Notes: generated from the sequence alone by a model not told the origin. Shown: positions 27,601 through 42,163, counted from the first letter of the stretch. The stretch is DNA of 64,000 nucleotides from Bugula neritina (GCA_964035545.1 OZ037766.1:29762640-29826639); one strand, 5' to 3'. Numbers and translations are program-made.

Positions 27601-30600
27601 AAAACACAGAACTCATCGTTTTTTTCTCACTTTAATGCTGAAAGCGCATTTTATTGGTGTTTTTTTAAATACAATTATAACACATTTGATTTGGGTTTTA
27701 AGTGAGTACTTGTTTTATTTGGTGTAAAATTAAACAAGTTAAAAATGCTCACACACTGCTCTCAGACAGGAATTGTCATTCTCATGTTATGTACTAATCT
27801 TATGTGTTTGTACCTATATATATTATAATACTATTATGGAAGGCTACAAATGGTATTTAATAAAATGTTATTCAATTTACATATGACATTAATAAAATCA
27901 GGTGGAACCCAGCATTAAAGTCATATAAAAAAGCAATAAAATAGTATAATTTATTACATACAAATATTCACTATCAATGTGTTCTTAAAAAAGCATATTA
28001 AAAAACTTGATATAAATACAAAAATATAGAATTACCTAACAATGATGTGACTTACTAAAGGGTTATAACTTATTGTTTGACGATATCAATTGATGATGCG
28101 TATTTGAATTGTAAATATGATGTAATGAAGCACCTCTACATAACATGACGTGATTCAAATCCACAAACAGCCATGGATTCTGTCAGCTTGTTCTTAGCTA
28201 TCAGTTAGCAAACCCCTGTTTACGCGATTCTGAACATGATTCGCATCTGTACTCACTAAAAAAGTAGGACATTTAATCATATGAATAAAAATTAAATACT
28301 GATAATTATTAAGTTCTCATGCACTCAACAGGTTATTTTCAATCTCTATAACTCAACTTACCATGCAGTTACGTGTAATCTGCGTGAGCAGCTTTAGGCT
28401 TATTTACTGATTAAACTTATTTCTATTATGACATTTAGCAACCAGCAAAAGGCAAGCAAAATATTCCTGTAGGCGGTAAATTGTTTATTTACAGCTTAAT
28501 ACTTATTTTACATCATTATCCTTCTATTAATTCAACCGATCTTTCTTTATTAGGATATCTATAATGCAAATAACACCGGGTGAAATATCATTCCTCCTAT
28601 ATTATACTAATTTTAAGGCCCATAAAACTGACTGCAATACATTGTGTTGAAATAATTCTTACAATTTTGAAATGCACATCATGATCATGTTTTTGAGAAC
28701 ATTTGTACTAGCTGCTGAAAGGTTCTGAATTTGTCTACAGATCCAATAAGAGTTGAGAAAGCATTTTATAGCTGATATATACTGCTATGTTAGTTTTTCA
28801 TCCCGTTACCTGTGATGCCGTTATAATTTTATATTATGTGTTTTATTCAAAATATTTTTATTAGCATATTATGCTTTCAAACATTAAATAAACTATGAGA
28901 CAAGAAATAAGTTTTTCATCTGAGAAGATTGAAATTAGTTATTAGAATATCATCTGATCAAGATGTTTTGGTGATTTATAGATGGTGGATCTATTTGTAC
29001 TGTTTGCACATAATTTGCATTTTTATAACTTCTTTCAGCCCATATTGTTAAAAACTGCCTGTTTGTATGATATATGCAAGTAATTTGGTCAAATTTAACA
29101 AAACTAGCATGAACTCTAATTTATACAAGCAATTTAAATTTTACTATTATGACGACAACTACTGTTTTTAAAACTGTGCAATAAATATTTTAATAGTTTA
29201 TATGAGCTATAAAATGGTAAATGACAATGAATTAGGCAAAACTCATTATAACTGCTTTAACTGAGGAAAACTATCATAGTCAGTTGCATTGATAGATTGA
29301 ATACAGCGGTGAAAAAAAGTCTATAAAAATTATTATCGTACGTGTCCTCATGCTTGATATTAACAAATTTCAAATTTAAAACTTCTAAAATTTAGCTTGC
29401 TCAATTAAATATTTTGATCTGAGCCTTTTTTCAAAATAAAATATAAAAGTTTCCTGCTTTCAATTTAAAAATAAAACGGGTTTTTAATTTTAGTGAAACA
29501 GCAACTTTTAGCAGTTCAGAAACGCTACTATATAAATATTTCTGTATTTTGCAGTAAAGGCTAGTTATATGATAATTAAAATTATTACATAAAAAAACAG
29601 CCAAATTTATTTAAATATCAACATTTTTAAGCAGAACTAATAAGCCAATTTAAATGGATTCTTCAGCTTTTAACTTTACTTTGCTCAAATAAGTTTAAAA
29701 TTATATAAAAAAATGTTAAATTCTTAATGCATAAAATATTTTTAAAAATTTTAAAAGGAAAGCAAAAAATAACTTTTTTAATGTGCTTATTTGAGCAGAA
29801 CATAGATTAAAAACAATGTCTGTAGACATGTAGCTATAAATAGTGTTTCTCAGTTTGTGAAGTCATTTTGATCTTTGAGTCTTATATTATACTTATATTA
29901 AATACAACTATATTGCTTTAGATGTTCTTGTAGAAATTTGGGCAAACGAATATATAGTAAAAGAAAATACTTGCTTATCAGCAAATCAGAAATTACAACA
30001 ACTACATAAAAAACTGCTGTAACTGAACATACTATTTCGAAACATCATTCAGCAGAAAACAATGATGCAATTGTTACTATAGTAACTGACTAACAGTAAA
30101 CATTTCATAAGTGGGTGAAGAGCTCTGTGGGTGTTTAAGTGGATTTTGAGTAAGATTAATTTTATGGGAAAATGGTCTTATATACTTGAAGAAATGCTCA
30201 CATTACTTTTTTTGGTTTATTAGGTAGGTAATTATTCTGGTTGTGAAACTATTGTTTGTGAGTTATTATACATCTTGTGAAAATGCAATAAGACGTTAAA
30301 AAGGTTGGAATATCAGTCAAATTTGTTATTATTATTATAATAATTCTGAAGGATGTGTCTTTAAATCAGAATTTGATGCTTTAAACAAAAGTATATTTGT
30401 ATTTAACAATGACTCATCAAGTAAGCTGAGGACATTAACTATAAGACATCCTTAAGATTGATAGACATAGGTTACAGGATAATCCTAGTAATTATAAATT
30501 ATTATAGATACAATTACTTACTATTAATGTGTTCCTAAAAACATATTAGAAAAATTTACTATAAATAAACAAAATACATGTTGAATTACTTAGGGAAGAT

Positions 30601-33600
30601 CTGACTTACTAAAGGGTATTCTTAGTGTTTGAAGATATCAGTTGCATGATGTGTATTTGAAAATATTGTTAATGGTAATAAAACACCTCTATAACAATAT
30701 CATTATACATAATTTAAAGACACACTCAGCAACTCTCACAGCTTGTTCTTAGCAAACCCTTATTTACAACAACTTGAAAATAGATCACATATTGCACTCA
30801 CCCAAAAAGTAGGACATTTAATCATATATGAATAAAAATTAAATACTGTTAATTATTGAGGTTTCGTGTACTGGAAAAGATTATTTTCGATCTTTATATA
30901 ACCGGATGCATGTGATATATACCAGTTGCAGGTATTATAAGCAGCTTCAGGCTTATTTACTGCAGGATTAAACCTGTTTCTATTATGACATTTAGCAACC
31001 GGTAAAAGACTAGCAAACATATTTTGTAGGCGGTAAAATGTTCAACTTAATACTCATTTTACATCATTATCGCTTTAATTTATCAATCCAATATGTCACT
31101 CTTTATTAAGATTTCTATGCATCAAATAATACTTTGCATAATACCATTCCTTTTAGATTATGCTAATTGTGAGGCCCATAAAACTGGCTGTAATGCATGG
31201 TGTTGAAATAATCCTTATAACGTTAAAAAACACACCACGATAATATTTTTGAGGACATTTGTACCAAGCTGAAAAATGTTGAATTGGTCTACAAACCCAA
31301 TAACAATTGACAAAAGATTTTATACTAGAGTTTGTATGTATGGACAAGCATTAATTGTCTTAAAAACATTTATCCTGCTTTCTAGCTGATATATACTACT
31401 GCCAGTTTACCTTTCCACCGCAATACCTCTATTGCCTCAGTCTTATACTAATTATCTCTACTGCCTCAGTCTTGTATTAAATATCGTAATCAAAATATTG
31501 TTGATTGGTTTAGTATACTTACAATCATAAAAACCTATGAAACTACAAATATATTTGTCATAGTATTATGTGTAAAGTTCAATGGCATATCTTTATGATC
31601 GCTGCAAACACATCTTCAAGACTAACAAATATATACGAGAGCTTTATAAATACTCAAATGCTATTACACTTTGACCTACTGATTGCTTGCAAAACCACAC
31701 AAGATAAAGGCTATTTATGACAAAAAAGAAAACAACACAATTATAGTATTTACAAACAGCTTAGGTACATGACTGCATGATGTAATGTCATGGGCATTAC
31801 AATATTTTTTTATCTGAAGAGCTGTTAGCATATTTTAACCAAGAATTTTTAGCAATGTATATGTTTTTTCAGTTTAATTAAACTTCACATTATAATCCAA
31901 AATTTGTTTTAGCTTATTGTAGAGACTCGGATGTTTTTATCATGCGAATCATCAGGTCCCAATTTTTTCAAAAAAATATAGTCATTCACACTATAGATAG
32001 ATTGCATAAAGCGGTAAAATAAAGCCTGTGAATGAAATTGATATCAAATATCACTAAATGTTAGGCACAAAGCTTTTTGATAGCATAATTTCGTAGTTGG
32101 CAAGTTAAAAATTTATTGCTTCTACAGTTTAGCTTACTTAGTCAAATAGATTAATCTGATCCTTCTTTTTAAAATGAAAATAAAATTTTCCAACGGTAAA
32201 TTTAAATAGAATTGGTCTTTAATTTCAGTGAAAAAACGCTTTGTTTCTTTTTAAGCTAACAGATATCCTTAATATTTTACAAGTACTACAAGTACTACAT
32301 TCTGCTGCCACAGAACCAAGTCTTAGAATGACTCAAATCTAAGGAATGAAAAACATTGATTGCATGCAAACATAAGAAATTTTAAGCAAAACTAGTTGAA
32401 TGGGGCTATGATTAAAATATATCTCTTAGTTTTCATCCTAATGCTTTTCAAAGAACTTTATTGTGATACAAAACTATAACATTATTTGTTTAAATTAAAT
32501 ACCAATTTTTCAAAATTTGAACAAAAGATTATGACTAGCGGTTTTCCTGCATGTTTTAAGCGGAATTTAAACATTAAATTACCTAATTTCATAATTATGT
32601 TGATCTACGAGTTTTATGTTATAATTATATTAACAATACAATTATCTTGTTTAAGGTTTTTTTTATAAAAACATTGGTAAATAAACATATATATAGTAGA
32701 TGAAAATCTTTTCCTATATTCGCAATATGCTCACTTTGCAGCAACTATAATAATCCTCGATAACTGCAGCATAACATACTATTTTAAGAAGTTATTCAGT
32801 GTAAAAACAATGATGTAATTGTTGCCATAGTAACTAACAAACAGTAAACATTTCCAGAATGGGTGGAGAGCTGTGTGGGAGTTTAAGTAGGGTTTGAGTA
32901 AGATCAATTTTATGATAAATTGGCTTAATGCTTTAAGAAATGCTCACATTTTTTATCTTGGTTTATTGCGTAATTACTTTGGTTGAAAAAACAGTGTTTT
33001 TGAGTTACTAGGCTATAATATTGTAAAAAGAAAGCGATAAGACTAGTAAAATTGTTGGCGCTTGAAAAATCAACATTATTATTAAAATAACTAGGGTGGA
33101 TATTGTGTCTTCAAGTCAAAAATACACGGTTTTAAGCAAACATGTATTTGTATTCCGGGCCAATGATTCATTGAGTAGGCTGAGAGCATATTAACCACGG
33201 AATCCTTGATTTATAGACATGACTTACAGGATAAGCTGACAAGTGATACTGCAACAGTTTTAACCAGAGAATATTTGAAACTGACCAACAAGCATAATGA
33301 AGATGACAAAATATAACAATAAAACTAAATTTAATCCAAAACATTAATTTTAGATCTGTGGCCGCAATTTCATATATAAGTAAGAGCTCATGCTAGAGAT
33401 AGTCAGCTGAGGTTACGAGTTAGAGGTGGTATTTGAGAAAAACCTAAAGCCGTAGGAACACACTATCATAAACAAAAGTAAGTTTTATTTTATTTCAACT
33501 TTTAACTTTTATTAGAAGAAATACATTTAATAATAATATTTTGATAACTTGAACAACTTGAATAGATTTTATGATTATATATATTAAAAAAGATCATTTT

Positions 33601-33843
33601 TAAAATGTGTGTCAAGACTTTATCATGAAGATTAGTTTGCGAGTCTGATGAACTAAAAAAAGCTAACTGAAAGTTTTTGCTGCTAACTGGCAATATCAAA
33701 GTTTTAGTTCAACGTGTAATAATAATTATAGCAAAGTGATGTAAATATATTGGTCATAGATAAATCTTTGCTTGGTTTTAACATTGGTTTACCTTGTCAA
33801 TGTTTTTTTTTACACCTTCTTATAACTTTCTTATAGTAAAAGA

Positions 33844-35967
33844 ATGAGTGAAAAGGGAGACAGAGTAGCACAAGTGGTTCAATGTCATTCATGGTTGCAT
33901 GGCTTCACCATCTTTATGTTATGTGGAAGTTTGATAGCCAATGCTGTTATCCTGAACTTCCTGCTTGATAAATCTAACAAAGTAAGTTTTGAGTATAACT
34001 CTATATATGATGATAATTCTTTGAGTGTAAAATAAACAATCCTATAGAACTTCCCAAAACATCAATAATTTTATCTATAATATTTTATTGAAAAAAATAT
34101 GTCCTACAAGTTCTTAGCTATTTATAAAAGGAAGGGCTGCAATTACATGAATTGAATTTTTAAAGCTATATATAAATACGTTTAAAACTTTTTCTTACAG
34201 TGTGAGTAATCAAGTGTAAGTACGTGTATGTCTCTTTTACTGTATATAAGTAAACACATGTTTCAATTGTGTGCAGTTGTATGTATCAAGTGCATGTAAG
34301 TGACTATATAAATATAATAGCTAAGCTTTTATCAACCGTCCTATTATTTGCTATTCCTGGTATGTTTTAGAATGAGCAGCAGCTACAGGGGTTTGTGTCA
34401 CAGAACAGACAGACAGTAGAGAATGAACACTTTGTAAGTGTGACCTGAAATATTTTAAATAGCTCAATTGTTGAGCTTTTACTTGAGTGTACTTCTTATG
34501 CTTTTATGTATATAATTGTATACATTATTGATTTCAAAGTAATATGGCGGTCTCTTTCAATGTATATTTTTAATTATTTCTGAGTAAAAAAACACACAAT
34601 TGCTTTTTTACTTATAAGCCTAATTAAAAACTAAGTTGATCATAAATTTTCATTGTAAAGTTTAGTATAACTTTAGTTTAGGCTTGCATTCTAAGCAAAT
34701 CGATGCTAATTTTAAAAGAGAATTGGAGAGATATAATTACTTAAGCCACAAAAATAACTACATGGCGGTATACTAATTTTTATTGTTCAATTTACAAGTT
34801 AATCATTCATGTATTCTGAATTTTTTTCCACTCGTATTAGGCTGACAAGGAAGCAGGTCGTTGTATTTAAAATGTGTTAAACAACAAACCCTTACGGTAA
34901 ATGAAGCTACAACAAGCAAGTTCTGAATCTAGTTTATTGCTTAAAATTTAATTTCTGAAAACTATCCAAAGTTTTAAGATGAAAACTTAATAAAAAGCCT
35001 AAATATATTCTTTGCCTTTAATTTAATTTGCATTAGTACACTGTAAGCACTGCCATTATAAGTTTGAGAATGTTTTTGAAAAATTTGATAACAGCTTGCA
35101 GTACGTTTCAAGCAGCTAGCGTTTAAAAATAACAAAGATTTGTTTTTAGCAAATGTAAAGTTTATTGGTCAACTATTATGTAGCTCTCACCTCTCCCCTC
35201 TCTTGTGTTTAACATTACAGAAATACAAAAATTGGTTGAGCTTTATCGCTATGGTTTTGTTTTAAACTGTAAAGTATAAAGCATGTATTTAAGATAAAAA
35301 AACAAATTTCTATAAGTTTTTTCACAACTTGTAGAGCAGAGTCAAGAGAAAAGGCCCTCCACCGTGTACATGCCCAGCCGGGCCTCGTGGACCTCCTGGC
35401 CCACGCGGACCACATGGCCCACCTGGACCACAAGGTTCAATTGGACATCCTGGTGCTCAAGGACCGGCAGGTCCAGCTGGACCAGCCGGAACTCCTGTAA
35501 GTAAATCAATTATATATGTCTATAGGGCTTTATGTGCTTACTGCAGTATTCAGTGTTTCCAATACTTACACCTATGTGAATTCTATTAGTAAACTGTTTC
35601 CAATGTTTGGTAGTGGTGAACTTTATAATAGTGTGTCACAAGAATTTTCAAAGCAAATGCATTCCTCAAAATTTACCTGGTAATATATTCATAGGGCCAA
35701 CATGGTGCAGTTGGTCCAATGGGACCAAAAGGAGACAAAGGGGACCAAGGATTTAAGGGAGAGAGCATTATAGGGCCACAGGGTCTGCCTGGGTTACCTG
35801 GTGCTCAAGGTGCGCAAGGTGCTGCAGGAATTCCAGGGCAACAAGGACAAATGGGATCAGCTGGATTGCCTGGTTTAGCTGGCTTAAGAGGTCGCCCTGG
35901 TAGAAATGGGAAAAGAGCTCCAAGAGGGAGAAATTCTTCCAGAAATAGACGAAGGAATGGAAAATAA
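33844..35967 (+). CDS. Collagen gene A copy 4 (211 aa; near-identical to copy 3)
   Basis: Exons 33844-33981, 34371-34433, 35335-35496, 35695-35967; canonical splice sites, open frame. Confidence 0.88.
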
Positions 35968-36796
35968 CACAACACACTAATTTTGTCTAGTTTCAAGATA
36001 TATTATATACAGCACATATTGGCAGATTATCTTCAAGATAGATTTACATTATGGCAAAGTGTTACAAAAACACTTTTACTTTTTTCAGTTAATCTTTGTT
36101 TTTTATTATTCTGTTTTGGAAATATGCTTAGATCATCAAACTAAAAGTATTCCCATTTATTCCCTTGTTTTCTAGATGCCTCTACTTTGAGATGAATCTA
36201 ATTTATGTTGTTACTGTGCAAGCAAGTGTTATGATAACCTGTTATAGTTAGCTTGATATTTTTATATGAGTATATTGCTTTTTGTTCTTGTGAATTCTAG
36301 CTGTACATATTATCATTAAAGCATTTCTAAGACTATAAGCCAACCAATAAAATCGTATATTTCAATCTTCAGAGTTTAAACTCATTCCAACTATCCTTAA
36401 TATTGCTTATATGTAACTTCGTTCACATTTATAGACTGTTTGTTTCAACTCATGACTGGTGTTGTCCCTAACAGCCAATGTATTATCTCAGACAATACTT
36501 ATCTTATACTGAGGAGGTGACCAGGTGTATTTGCTTTTGGATAAGGCGTTTGCCTGAGCAATCCTCTTACTTATAGCTATTTTCTGCTCATAGTCTGCAG
36601 AATATTCTAGATTATCTGTTGTTTAATCTCTGATGTGACGCCATGTAGCTGCAGGTATTATCATTATACCTGTCTATTTTCAAAGAGAATGTATACAGCC
36701 TTTATCTTTGAGCTTAGCATGGATTATCATAGGTGGTACTTCTGATGCAATTTTCTGTCAACACAAGGCTTAGAAAAAAAACAAGAACTTTACAAC

Positions 36797-36956
36797 AGGC
36801 AACCAATGAAAAATCACCATCTCAAAATCTCTCTTCCGAATTTTGTTTAGGAAATCAAAAAGCATGTTAAGTCGAAATATGCATAGTATATAAGAATATG
36901 AAGTAAATTTTATATATCAGTTAGCCAACAAGTTTTAGTGATTTGCCATGGTGAGT
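36797..36956 (+). promoter_or_regulatory. Putative gene B core promoter and first exon
   Basis: CCAAT at ~36802, TATATAAG at ~36887, ATG|GTGAGT donor at 36951, CAG acceptor directly before ATG 37264. CCAAT and TATA are also retained in the dead copy near 27016 and 27102. Confidence 0.5.
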
Positions 36957-37263
36957 TAAAGTAATATGGTTTGTGTTATTAGCATATAAGCTATATTTTT
37001 TCAACATTAATTTAATTGTCTTGATAATCACAGTTGGTTTTGTCGAACAAACAATACTCTTGTAAAAATAATGTTTAAATTCTTCATAATTATGTTACTA
37101 ATATATTTGTATCAGAACTGCAAAAAGGTTCATTTATTTTAAATATATATATAAAAAAAATCTTACGAAAATTTTTGAACGAAAAATAAATTTCTGCCAA
37201 AGTAGATCATAGTCTGCGCAGCTGTGTCTGCAGAGGATATTAACATAGATGTTTATATAACAG

Positions 37264-40200
37264 ATGGAGGTTAAGGAGAAAGATTTCAGATGTCCACCAA
37301 AGTCACAATTGCACATGTTGGGTTTCCTAGCATTAGTATTAACTGGTAGCATTATAGCCAACACTATAATCTTCACATACCTCTACCAAGATATAGCTGG
37401 GGTAAGTAATTTTAATCTACATCAATACTCTGTACATTATAACTACTACAAGAGTGATAAAAGTTTAATAAATACATTTTGTAACTCCTAATCTTTTGAG
37501 TTTTTAATCATTTTTGCTTTCTGAAGTAAGATAATGGTCTGAAAGCAGTATGTTTATGTAAATAATAAGAACAAAATTAAAAAAAACTTTACATTTTGTT
37601 TTGTTTTGTAACTGGAAAAGTTATTTTAAACGGATTGGATTCATATTTTTAATTTCTAATATAAAATACTTTTAACTAATTGTATTTTTTAATATATTCA
37701 ATTTTACAAACACTTGTTGTATATTCACACAACTTAAATTTCCTAGCTGCTAATTTAATGTTTTAACCTCAAGCCTATATATGTAAAACACTTCATGAAG
37801 AATTAAAATATCAAAATTAATTTACGAAATCGAAATCGTTAAACAGAATTTTAAGACATTATAACAATTATTTTTCAAAATTAATTAACAATTATGCTTT
37901 TTTCATACTACATAGCACATAGAAAAATCAGCTACTTTTTGTTTGAAATTTATTATTTTTAAATGAACTCAACGCTGATTTTTACTATAATTTGATGGTT
38001 TTTTGTGAAGAAAACTGTTTAATTTTATTTGAAGTAAAATGTTTGTGGTTTTCATTTAGGCAATATTTTTTAACAAAACATATTTTTGCCACAAGTATAT
38101 AAACATAATCATCATGTTTAATCAAGTCCACAAATCATGTTATTAATCACTGCTACTTTCACCATTTTTCATGGTTTTATATAGGCTCATGCGCTGCATT
38201 AAGTACTTTGTCTAAAAGTAATCACTAACACACCTTCTAACAAATTTTTTTCATGTAAATTTAATATAAATTTTCACTCAAGTATCTTCTCATAAGAAAG
38301 ATCATAGTTTTGTTGTAAGAAAGACAACGATTGGTTTTTTTTAGGTAAAGCAGCGAATAGACGAGTTTGAGGTCAGAGCATCATTAAACGCTGCTTCGTT
38401 AACCAATCAAATTACAGTAAGTCCAACACTGATTAAATTGGAACACTATAGTATATATTTTTACCATGAATTTTTAATAACTAGCTTTATATTGTAATCT
38501 GGTTGAACAAAAAAACGGTATATAATTTGAATTACTGCCTGCCATACCGTATTTCGTGTTTGCTATGAATTACTCAATATTTATTTTACAATACAAATCA
38601 GAATGCTTTTTCCAAAAATCAAGTGCTATCTAAAGAAAAGTAATTTGCTTGTTTGATTGTACATAATAGAGACATAAAAGAACCTACCGTGATTGTTCTT
38701 GTACTGATGGCGCAACTGGTGCACCCGGCGCACCTGGAGAACCAGGCCCACCTGGACCACCAGGACCTGCGGTTAGTTATATATATATGAACACATTAAA
38801 CCATATATTACCCCAAATGTTTTTTGTTAATAATTTTCTTAGCTTTTTAAATTTAGCAAACCATAATACAAGATATTGCAAATTTTTACGGACATTTTAG
38901 ATAGGAAAAAATGATTAAATGCATTTTTCGACATCACTATCGCAGGAAATATGTAAAATACTAGTCTTTTGAAAACTGTCAATAAACTTTGGCACTTTAC
39001 TAAAGTAATTTTCTCTCTAACCAACTTGGTTTACCAAACAGTCAAGTAATATTCAACAGGTTAAAAATTGAATGAAATTTGATTAAGTAAGAAAAACAAA
39101 TAAATAATGCTAAAATATAATAAATGTAGCAATAAATATCTAATACTTGACTGCAGCTAGTTAGGTCCTTAACTTTACTGGTGTCAACATGCATTTGCTT
39201 ATTTTAAATATATTTGCAATAAATAATTGTATATTATTTTTAAATTCAAGGACTAATATTATAGTTGTTAATGTTACAATAATTGCATTTGTCAGGGAGA
39301 TCAAGGAACACCAGGAGAACCAGGTCCACAGGGAGAACCTGGAATGAAAGGAGATCCAGGAATGAGTTTACCTGGACCTCCAGGGCCTCCTGGGCCACCA
39401 GGACCTTCTGGTGCACGTGGTTCAGATGGATCAAATGGAAGAGACGGTATAGATGGCACACCTGGTGCACCGGGACAAACCGGAGCAAGAGGACTTCCAG
39501 GTGATCGAGGCAATGATGGATTAGATGGCAATCCTGGGAACCCTGGACCTAATGGTATTGATGGTAAAGATGGAAGACATGGAAAAGATGGCAGACATGG
39601 TAGAGACGGGAAACCTGGAAAAGATGGAAGACCAGGAAAAGAAGATAGGTCGGGAAAACATCGAAAAAGTGACAATCTGTTTGGAAACAAAGAGTCAGGC
39701 CGAACAGATGTAAAGAGTGGTTGCAGACAAAACAAACATAAAACAAAAGGCAAAAAGGGGGATTGCAAAAAACCTAAGAAATCTGGCAGCAATGGGAACA
39801 GCAAAACAGCTGGTCATCCACCGCCTGCTGGACGCTCTGCTGATGCAATAGTAAGATTTATTATTCTCCATGTTTCCTGCAATCTGAATTAAAATAAAAT
39901 CTACCAAGCTTGTCTGCTGCTATATAGTATAGAGCCGCAAGCCTAAACTCAAACAAACTGAAAAATAAGCAAAGTAGTTTTTAAGCTGAATATAGGCTAA
40001 AATAAGTATACAATTGGTGTATATAAAGAGTGGCTAAAGCGAATGTTACTATTTTGCTATAATTAATAATGCAGACTTGTTCTACTCATTTCAATAATGT
40101 TAAACAGCTGTTTATATATTCACACTTATCCTATGCATAGGAGTTATCTCCTCATCACTCATGTGATTGTATATGTTGTAGTCTGTGTAAGAGTTAACTG

Positions 40201-40315
40201 GAGTCATTACACCTTAATGCGTTGTGTTACATAGAAATATTGTTATTGTTTGTTTTAGGCATCAGCGCCCACTCCAGCTCCCTGGGCAAAGCATCAGTTT
40301 GGATACAGAAAATAA
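37264..40315 (+). CDS. Collagen gene B: type II transmembrane collagen paralogue, ~307 aa
   Basis: Exons 37264-37401 (46 aa, [25 protein letters not shown]), 38345-38416 ([24 protein letters not shown]), 38670-38771 ([13 protein letters not shown] + 7 triplets), 39296-39850 (7 triplets, GMSLP, 30 triplets, Lys-rich tail), probable last exon 40259-40315 ([18 protein letters not shown]). All phase 0. An upstream exon ending ATG|GTGAGT (36948-36950) may supply the initiator Met. The 3' end is less certain. Confidence 0.8.
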
Positions 40316-40416
40316 TTTTTATTGTTATAAAAATTAACTCTATATTATAGTTTTTAGGTTAAGCATACTGTCTACCTTATGCTGCAGAAACATTTAATAT
40401 AAATGTTCAATGTGTA

Positions 40417-40540
40417 ATATTATATTACTTCATAATAATATGATATTATATTACTTCATAATATGATATTATATTACTTCATAATATGATATTATATTAC
40501 TTCATAATATGATGTTATATTACTTCATAGTATGATATTA
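40417..40540. repeat. 23-bp minisatellite (atattatattacttcataatatg) x ~5
   Basis: Directly visible tandem units just 3' of gene B. Confidence 0.9.
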
Positions 40541-41901
40541 AAGTTTTTTGTTTAAAACTTTATTTTTGGGTTTAGGTTTGACTTCAAATTATATTTCTCT
40601 AAATTTTGAAAAAAAAACTTTTACAAAATAAATATGTAAATAATTCTCTTATCAAATGGTTTCTTATAAACTACATTTTATAGTTCTCACTCTTAACAAG
40701 ACGCGGAAGTCGGAAGTTCTATATTGAAAGTTATACTAGATCATTTGGCTCCAATCTCATTCAAATTGTAGTCTTCAACTCTATAAATAAATTTGTGAAA
40801 CAGTGCCTATAGTGTTACCACTAAACTGTTCATATTCATTTCACATTATAACTTGTGCATAACTCAAACTAGCATTAACGATGCCAATTTTATACCATTG
40901 AGACAATCAGCGAAATAAGTGGATAATTTTGTAAATAGACTGATAATCTGCAAATATCAGACAGCAAGATACTTCTAAGCTAGATTTTGAGCTAGGCGCG
41001 ATTAGGGATAGATTGAACAGTTATGATGATATGCAACCAAGATTCAAAGAAAAAATATGAAATAGATTTGTTACGTGTTGAGTAAACTTCCAGGTATCAA
41101 TTTTAGAACCTTTGATGTCATTGTTGCAGACCTTGTATTTAATAGGCCTATTTTTGTACGTGCCTGGGTATTTTTCATTATATCCAAAACACCTAAAGTC
41201 TTTATATAATCATATAGCTTTTAATGTTGTGTTATATTGCATAATGTGCGACACTTAAACTATGGATTTGAAAAGTCCTGCGTAAATAGCACGGGTGTTC
41301 AAAAATACATAAAATTTTATAATAAATTGAAATCTGCTGAATGTGATAAACTGACAGAATATTAACCCAACATATACAAGTAAGCATAATTCATACAAAT
41401 AAAAAAATAATTCTTTTTATAAAAACGCAAGAATGATAATGAAATTGTTGATATAAAACCAGTATGTTTGCAGACAGCAAATGCGTTTTTTATAAATAGG
41501 GAAAATAACTATTAACGATCTTTGGGCATTCATTCTGCTAAATTATGACTAATCTATTGCAGATCTAATGCAATTTTATTTACACAGTTTTAATATAAAG
41601 TGATATCCAGACGTATTGCACATCATTTTGAAGATAGATGCCATAGGTGTGCATTGCGTCTAAGACGACATCGTCAAACCACTAGAGGAGGCTGAACACT
41701 TTGGAGAATGAATGCAGTATGGCAGCGTCAAAGGGGGACTTCATGAACAGTGCCCTGTAGCGTGTTACAGCATGATCAGGATGCCTCTCAGAGTCAGCGT
41801 GACAAACAGGCTGTGCAGCAGTGGTCGGGTTGATACTCAAGGATAGGTGGAAGATGCTGTGTAAAAAGGTACTCTATATTATATATCTCATATAATACAC
41901 T

Positions 41902-42163
41902 GGTACCAGGTAACCCAGGCAGACCCTGTGGCCCAATAATGCTCTCTCCCCTAAATCCTGGATATCTCATCTCTCCCTTTGGCCCCGTTTGAACCAACTG
42001 AACCCTTTTGGCCTTATATAAATAATACTTTCATTATAGTAAACAGCTTTTTTATTGTTACTGATATGCTCTTTTAGTAAATTGTAAGAAAATATTTCTA
42101 AAACCCTCAAACCACTAAAGATGTGCCGATGGAAGTGTTGACAGTTATAATTCATGCAAATGT

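Larger units (their letters stand above)
1..36530 (+). repeat. Tandem array of four ~10 kb units, each with gene A and a doubled upstream region
   Basis: Start codons spaced 10037, 10675 and 9750 bp; colinear intergenic landmarks recur in each unit. The array probably extends left of the window. Confidence 0.92.

Noticed and set aside
38602-38639. Additional small exon in gene B
   Set aside because: 38 nt would shift the frame and leave only a 30-nt intron before the furin exon.
39301-39804. Pro-rich minus-strand ORFs opposite collagen exons (also 5306-5497, 15084-15275, 26057-26248, 35805-35996, 62996-63919)
   Set aside because: Antisense shadows of GGN codons; splice signals and domain logic are all on the + strand.
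40417-40540. CRISPR-like array or other prokaryotic system
   Set aside because: Head-to-tail repeats without unique spacers; the window is intron-containing eukaryotic DNA with no cas-like or operon-like ORFs.
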